64,000 bases of DNA from an uncultured Syntrophaceae bacterium (GTDB taxonomy: Bacteria > Desulfobacterota > Syntrophia > Syntrophales > UBA8958): assembly GCA_964645835.1 (NCBI GenBank), contig CAZYDG010000080.1:1-64000 (forward strand), in the 5' to 3' direction. Under the pieces are notes generated by a model. That model saw nothing but the letters and a program-made list of their open reading frames with translations. It was not told the DNA's origin and made no database searches. Below are positions 59,751-64,000 of the stretch, one piece after another. The first letter of the stretch is position 1; each line of letters starts with the position of its first letter. The position numbers and the translations under genes were made by a program.

Positions 59751-61775
59751 ATGACGACACCAGGCATTCCTGTTACTGCTACACCTGCCTTTGCCGGGCC
59801 GGAATCCCTAATGCTCAACTATGATGATAAATTTCAGAAAACTCTAAGAGAATGGGATAGATACATAAAAGGAGACCTGGAGATTGACACCCTTGTCATT
59901 CCCTATGAGATTCTTGAATCGTGGCGCCGATGCAGAGCTTATGGTGTAAATCCGCGGCGTGCTAAGATCGGCCAGGCGCTATCGGAGGCTGAATTAGCGG
60001 ATATCCTGGACGATAACGAGGAATTGATCAGTATCAGCCTCCCTTTCATGACGCATCTCTACCGCTTTGTGGAGGGTTCGGGATTCATTGTCGCGCTTTT
60101 CAACCATGAAGGATATCTCCTGGAAATTATGGGCGATGCACTTGATGTATCCCATGTCCGAACGGGGAATTTCGTTCCCGGTGCTTCCTGGTGCGAGGAG
60201 AGGGCGGGAACAAACGGTATCGGTACACAGCTCAAGGTGCGAAAGCCTCTCCAGATTTTCGGATGCCAGCACTTTTGCCGCAATTTTCATAAAGAGACGG
60301 CATCGAGCGCGCCCATCTTCAGCCCCGGGGGCGAGTTTCTCGGCGGTCTAGTCCTTACCGGACGCTATTTGCGGGCAACCCCTCACACTCTGGGTATGAC
60401 GGTCGCCGCAGCGGTGGCAATTGAAAATGAACTGCGCATCAATAAAGCTCTGGCCGAGGTCCAGATTGCAAGCAGCTACCAGAAGACGGTAATTTCCTCC
60501 ATTCCCGAGGCCCTGATCGCCATCGACAACGTCGGATGCATCTCCCTCATAAACGACAATGCTCTGAAGATGTTCTCCCTGTCACGGCAGGAAGTCACTG
60601 GCCGTCCGATTCGTGAGGTGTTCGGTGCGGGAAATGACAATTTCTTCCGCAAGCTCGAAAACAACCTTACGCTGACGGACTCGGAAGTACATATCGCGAC
60701 GGTGAACGGCGCTAACGACTACACGCTGACCTTGAATCCAATCCTGTCCCAAAATGGAACGGTAATTGGCAGGATATTGATTCTAAACGAATATCGGCGA
60801 GCAAAGACCCTTGTTGCCAAAATGATCGGTGCCAAAGCGAATTTTCGTTTTGAGGATATCCATGGCGTCGATCACGGCTTCATGGAAACGGTGAAGCATG
60901 CGCGCCTTGCTTCCCGGACGAGCTCGAATGTTTTGCTCCTTGGAGAGAGCGGAACAGGGAAGGACATCTTCGCCCAGGCGATCCATAATGCCAGTAATCG
61001 ACGGAACGGTCCCTATATCGCCATCAACTGCGCAGCCATTCCACGGGACTTGATTACCTCCGAACTTTTCGGCCATACGGAGGGCGCCTTTACCGGTGCC
61101 CGCCGGGGCGGCAGCCAAGGCAAATTCGAGCTTGCGGATGGCGGGACGATCTTTCTCGACGAGATCGCCGAGACTCCCCTGGAGTTGCAAGCCGTGCTTC
61201 TCAGGGTTATCGAGGACAAATCGATTGTCCGTATTGGGGGAACGCACGTCCGCCCCGTCGATGTGCGGATCATCGCTGCCACAAACAAGGATCTTCTGGA
61301 AGCGGTCCGGAAGGGAAGTTTCCGACACGATCTCTATTACCGCGCCAATGTCCTTACCATCCGCATCGCTTCCCTGCGTGACAGAAAGGATGATATCCCC
61401 CTCCTTGTAGATGCCTTCATCAAGAAGGTTTCCAGAACCCTGGGAAAGAAGATCGAAGACATCGATGAAAAGGTGATCGAGGCTTTTATGAACTATTCCT
61501 GGCCCGGAAATGTACGGGAACTACAGAATATCATCGAGAGAATGATGAATTTTGCCACAGGCAACAAGCTCACGGCAGATCTTATTCCCGAGGAGCTTAT
61601 CCAACCGCCGCGCCTTTTTACTGTAGGTGATACTTTTGAGTCGGCGCGGGACATGGAATACCGTATGATCAAGAAGATGCTCGTCCTCAATATTCCGAAG
61701 ATGGATATGGCAAAGAAGCTGAAAATCTCCCGAAGCTCGCTTTACCGTAAACTGGAGAAGTATGGGCTGCTGTGA
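59751..61775 (+). CDS. Sigma-54-dependent transcriptional activator with N-terminal sensory domains (AcoR/PrpR-like)
   Basis: Central AAA+ domain ([15 protein letters not shown]-finger), C-terminal Fis HTH, and about 330 aa of N-terminal GAF/PAS-like region. Divergent from the catabolic operon. Confidence 0.88.
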   Translation: MTTPGIPVTATPAFAGPESLMLNYDDKFQKTLREWDRYIKGDLEIDTLVIPYEILESWRRCRAYGVNPRRAKIGQALSEAELADILDDNEELISISLPFMTHLYRFVEGSGFIVALFNHEGYLLEIMGDALDVSHVRTGNFVPGASWCEERAGTNGIGTQLKVRKPLQIFGCQHFCRNFHKETASSAPIFSPGGEFLGGLVLTGRYLRATPHTLGMTVAAAVAIENELRINKALAEVQIASSYQKTVISSIPEALIAIDNVGCISLINDNALKMFSLSRQEVTGRPIREVFGAGNDNFFRKLENNLTLTDSEVHIATVNGANDYTLTLNPILSQNGTVIGRILILNEYRRAKTLVAKMIGAKANFRFEDIHGVDHGFMETVKHARLASRTSSNVLLLGESGTGKDIFAQAIHNASNRRNGPYIAINCAAIPRDLITSELFGHTEGAFTGARRGGSQGKFELADGGTIFLDEIAETPLELQAVLLRVIEDKSIVRIGGTHVRPVDVRIIAATNKDLLEAVRKGSFRHDLYYRANVLTIRIASLRDRKDDIPLLVDAFIKKVSRTLGKKIEDIDEKVIEAFMNYSWPGNVRELQNIIERMMNFATGNKLTADLIPEELIQPPRLFTVGDTFESARDMEYRMIKKMLVLNIPKMDMAKKLKISRSSLYRKLEKYGLL

Positions 61776-61979
61776 CGGATGAACGGAGAAGGGCCGGATT
61801 ATCGCAGAAGACATAGAAAGACGCCTTACCGATCCGTGCAGAGATTCCTGCCATCAGTGTAAATACGTTGTTAAAACATAAGTTGATAAAAAAGTTGACG
61901 GGGCCGGTGTTTTTTTGCAAGGTATGCTTGGTTTTGCTTCGATATGGGTTAGACAATCATCACGATTTTAAGGAATCAC

Positions 61980-63500
61980 ATGAATCCCGAGTATCTCCTG
62001 GATATTGCCTATACGAAACATTTCTACGAGAACCTGAATCCCTGGCTGATCAATTATGTCTGTGCCATCAACGGGTTTGCGCCCCATCACCTAAATGACG
62101 AGTTCACCTATTGTGAACTGGGATGCGGAAACGGTGTCAGTCTCAATATCCTGGCTGCGGCCAACCCCAAGGGCCGCTTCTACGGCCTGGACTTCAATCC
62201 CGAGCACATGGCCAACGCCCGCCAGGTTATGGAGGAGGGAGGCCTTGCCAATGTTACGCTTCTGGAACATAATTTTTCCGATCTCCCAAACCTGACACTG
62301 CCCGATTTCGATTTTATCACTCTCCATGGCGTTTTCTCCTGGATCAGCCCGGAGATGAGGAACAGGATTACTACCTTCATAGCCCGTAAGCTAAAACAAG
62401 GCGGCAAGGTCATGGTGAGCTACAACACACCCCAGGGCTGGGCCGTTGTCTCGCCTATGCGGGATTTTCTTCGAAGTTTTATCGAAGACGGCAGAGGTGG
62501 CGATTTGATGGAGAAGGCCAGAAGGGGCCTGGAAGAGCTCTGTTTTCTCCGGGATGCCAAAGCGGCCTTTTTCCAGATGAATCCTATGGCGGGTATGGTG
62601 CTCGATTCTTACCTCCGCTTCGATCTTCGCTACATCGTTCATGAATTTCTCACGCCCCACTGGCAGCCCCTCAACTTCAGCGAGGTCCTGGGCAGTATGA
62701 CGTGCGCTGGTCTGAATTATGCCGGATCTTATCCCGTCGCCCTCAATTACGGGCAGATCACCATTCCCGATACCCTCCATGAATATTTCCAGGGCATAAA
62801 AAACCGGACCGTCTTCGAGATGCGCAAGGATTTAGTGCGCATGACCCTTTTCCGCAGCGATATGTTTTGCCGGGAGACGGCCAAACAGCCGGATACTTAC
62901 CTGGATAAATTCCGTGGTATGGTCTTCGGGACGGTCCTGCGGACAAAGGACTTCAAGTTTAAAATCGATGTACCCGGATGTAACACCATCAACATGCAGT
63001 CTCCTGTATTCGAGATTCTGGCGAGGCTGATGGGGGGCAATGCGATGACCATGGACGCCATCCTCGCAGCTCCAGATCTCAAGCCATATTCACCGGAAGA
63101 AATCACGTCCGCCATCGAATGGCTTGTCTCGACGGATCAAATCAAGCCCTATGCCCGACCCGCACCGAACCTTGAGGGGAACGGCGGGTTCGACATGTCG
63201 CGTTTCAATAAGTCTCTGCTCCAGCGAGAGCTATCCAGGAGCCAACATCTCGCCCTTGCCTCCTGGACAGTCGGCAGCGGCATCCCCATTACCTCTAAGG
63301 ATGGCCTGGCTCTACTGGCCCTGGCGGAGGCAGGCAGTGGGGAGAAGGCAGAGGAATGGGCCGGTCTTTGGAGTGTTCACCACAATCTGGCAGGTCAGAG
63401 CGGCGGCAATGCCCTGCCTTTGGCCACAGTTATAAAGAATGCGGCCTCCCAACCGGCTTATCTGTCCGCTCTGGGACTGGGTGAGGCGCCAGAAGAATAA
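61980..63500 (+). CDS. Class I SAM-dependent methyltransferase with C-terminal methyltransferase-regulatory-type domain
   Basis: SAM-binding motif ELGCGNGVSL...LDFNPEHM in the N-terminal 200 aa. Long C-terminal domain of unknown function. Confidence 0.65.
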   Translation: MNPEYLLDIAYTKHFYENLNPWLINYVCAINGFAPHHLNDEFTYCELGCGNGVSLNILAAANPKGRFYGLDFNPEHMANARQVMEEGGLANVTLLEHNFSDLPNLTLPDFDFITLHGVFSWISPEMRNRITTFIARKLKQGGKVMVSYNTPQGWAVVSPMRDFLRSFIEDGRGGDLMEKARRGLEELCFLRDAKAAFFQMNPMAGMVLDSYLRFDLRYIVHEFLTPHWQPLNFSEVLGSMTCAGLNYAGSYPVALNYGQITIPDTLHEYFQGIKNRTVFEMRKDLVRMTLFRSDMFCRETAKQPDTYLDKFRGMVFGTVLRTKDFKFKIDVPGCNTINMQSPVFEILARLMGGNAMTMDAILAAPDLKPYSPEEITSAIEWLVSTDQIKPYARPAPNLEGNGGFDMSRFNKSLLQRELSRSQHLALASWTVGSGIPITSKDGLALLALAEAGSGEKAEEWAGLWSVHHNLAGQSGGNALPLATVIKNAASQPAYLSALGLGEAPEE

Positions 63501-63526
63501 AACCGGACAATAAAAAAGGAGCTCTT

Positions 63527-64000
63527 ATGGCAGACTTCAGCAGTGAAGCGTTTCATGGAAAGAGATTCACCTTCAAAGGAGCATCTTTTCCGGACAGCAA
63601 ATTTGCCGTGGTCAGCTTCCGAGGCTATGAAGCCATCTCCAGGCTCTACCGTTTCGAAATCGATCTTGCAACGGATGATTCCGATATCGATGGTATGATC
63701 AATAAACCTGCCGATTTTGCCATCCGTGGTGACGGTGGACGCGGCAAGATTGTCCACTATCGGGGAATCATAACGGACTTCGAGCAATCGCGCCGCGTAA
63801 ATGATCTTGTTCTTTACCGTGCCGTCCTGATGCCGCGTTTATTCACCCTTACGGGAAGCCGGTTTTCCGAGGTATACCTGGACGAGAAGACGGTACCCGA
63901 AATCATTACCCAAGCCATGAAGAACTGTGGCCTGACCACAAACGATTTCCAGATGAATCTCCTGTCCAGCAGCTACCGCGGCCGGTCCTACGTCTGCCAA
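63527..64000 (+). CDS. vgrG: Type VI secretion system VgrG (N-terminal gp27-like part; gene truncated by the window end)
   Basis: Open frame from ATG 63527 to the window end, preceded by RBS AAGGAG. The translation (FKGASFPD...FRGYEAISRLYRFEIDL...) matches the conserved VgrG N-terminal pattern (FxGxEaISxxYxFxIxL...HYRGIIT). Confidence 0.7.
   Translation, partial: MADFSSEAFHGKRFTFKGASFPDSKFAVVSFRGYEAISRLYRFEIDLATDDSDIDGMINKPADFAIRGDGGRGKIVHYRGIITDFEQSRRVNDLVLYRAVLMPRLFTLTGSRFSEVYLDEKTVPEIITQAMKNCGLTTNDFQMNLLSSSYRGRSYVCQ

Noticed and set aside
1-64000. tRNA or rRNA genes
   Set aside because: No cloverleaf-compatible segments with T-loop GTTCRANYC motifs were found in the intergenic regions by eye. 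None can be supported.

Overview
The window looks like a 64-kb chromosomal segment from an anaerobic, probably syntrophic or sulfate-reducing deltaproteobacterium, with dense coding on both strands and about 55 % GC.

Recognisable content, in order:
- Housekeeping and stress genes: Hsp20, Lon, PEP synthase, SbcCD, EngB and Hsp33.
- A MacAB-like ABC exporter with two FtsX permeases.
- A two-component system made of a multi-PAS histidine kinase and an NtrC-type sigma-54 activator.
- A large flavin-based electron-bifurcation supercluster at 31.7-43.4 kb. It contains a giant HdrA-like fusion protein (HdrL-type), MvhD with an in-frame UGA that aligns to the conserved Cys (selenocysteine), an Fe-S protein, HdrC, HdrB, AsrA/AsrB-like subunits and NfnAB.
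- An F0 ATP-synthase fragment (atpZ-atpI-atpB), plus an orphan, signal-peptide-bearing c-subunit gene about 36 kb away.
- A lipid-remodelling pair: PLD-type cardiolipin synthase and a NAPE-PLD-like MBL hydrolase.
- A YedF / AhpD-like / radical-SAM (ArsS-like) operon, preceded by three tandem 176-bp structured repeats.
- A sigma-54-controlled 4-hydroxybutyrate/crotonate-to-butyrate/acetyl-CoA operon: SDR, thiolase, long acyl-CoA dehydrogenase, AbfD, SatP-like transporter and AbfT, with its AcoR-like activator.
- A truncated T6SS VgrG gene at the right edge.

Four non-coding repeat families are visible: a MITE-like element in inverted copies 16.7 kb apart, REP-like hairpins, a roughly 95-nt element upstream of both atpE-like and hdrL, and the triple tandem repeat near yedF.

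The most interesting candidates for undescribed biology are the selenium-linked YedF/AhpD/rSAM operon with its structured tandem repeats, and the HdrL-MvhD(Sec)-HdrBC-AsrAB-NfnAB supercluster. Gene starts were chosen by RBS inspection and several are uncertain. No tRNA, rRNA or CRISPR array could be supported.
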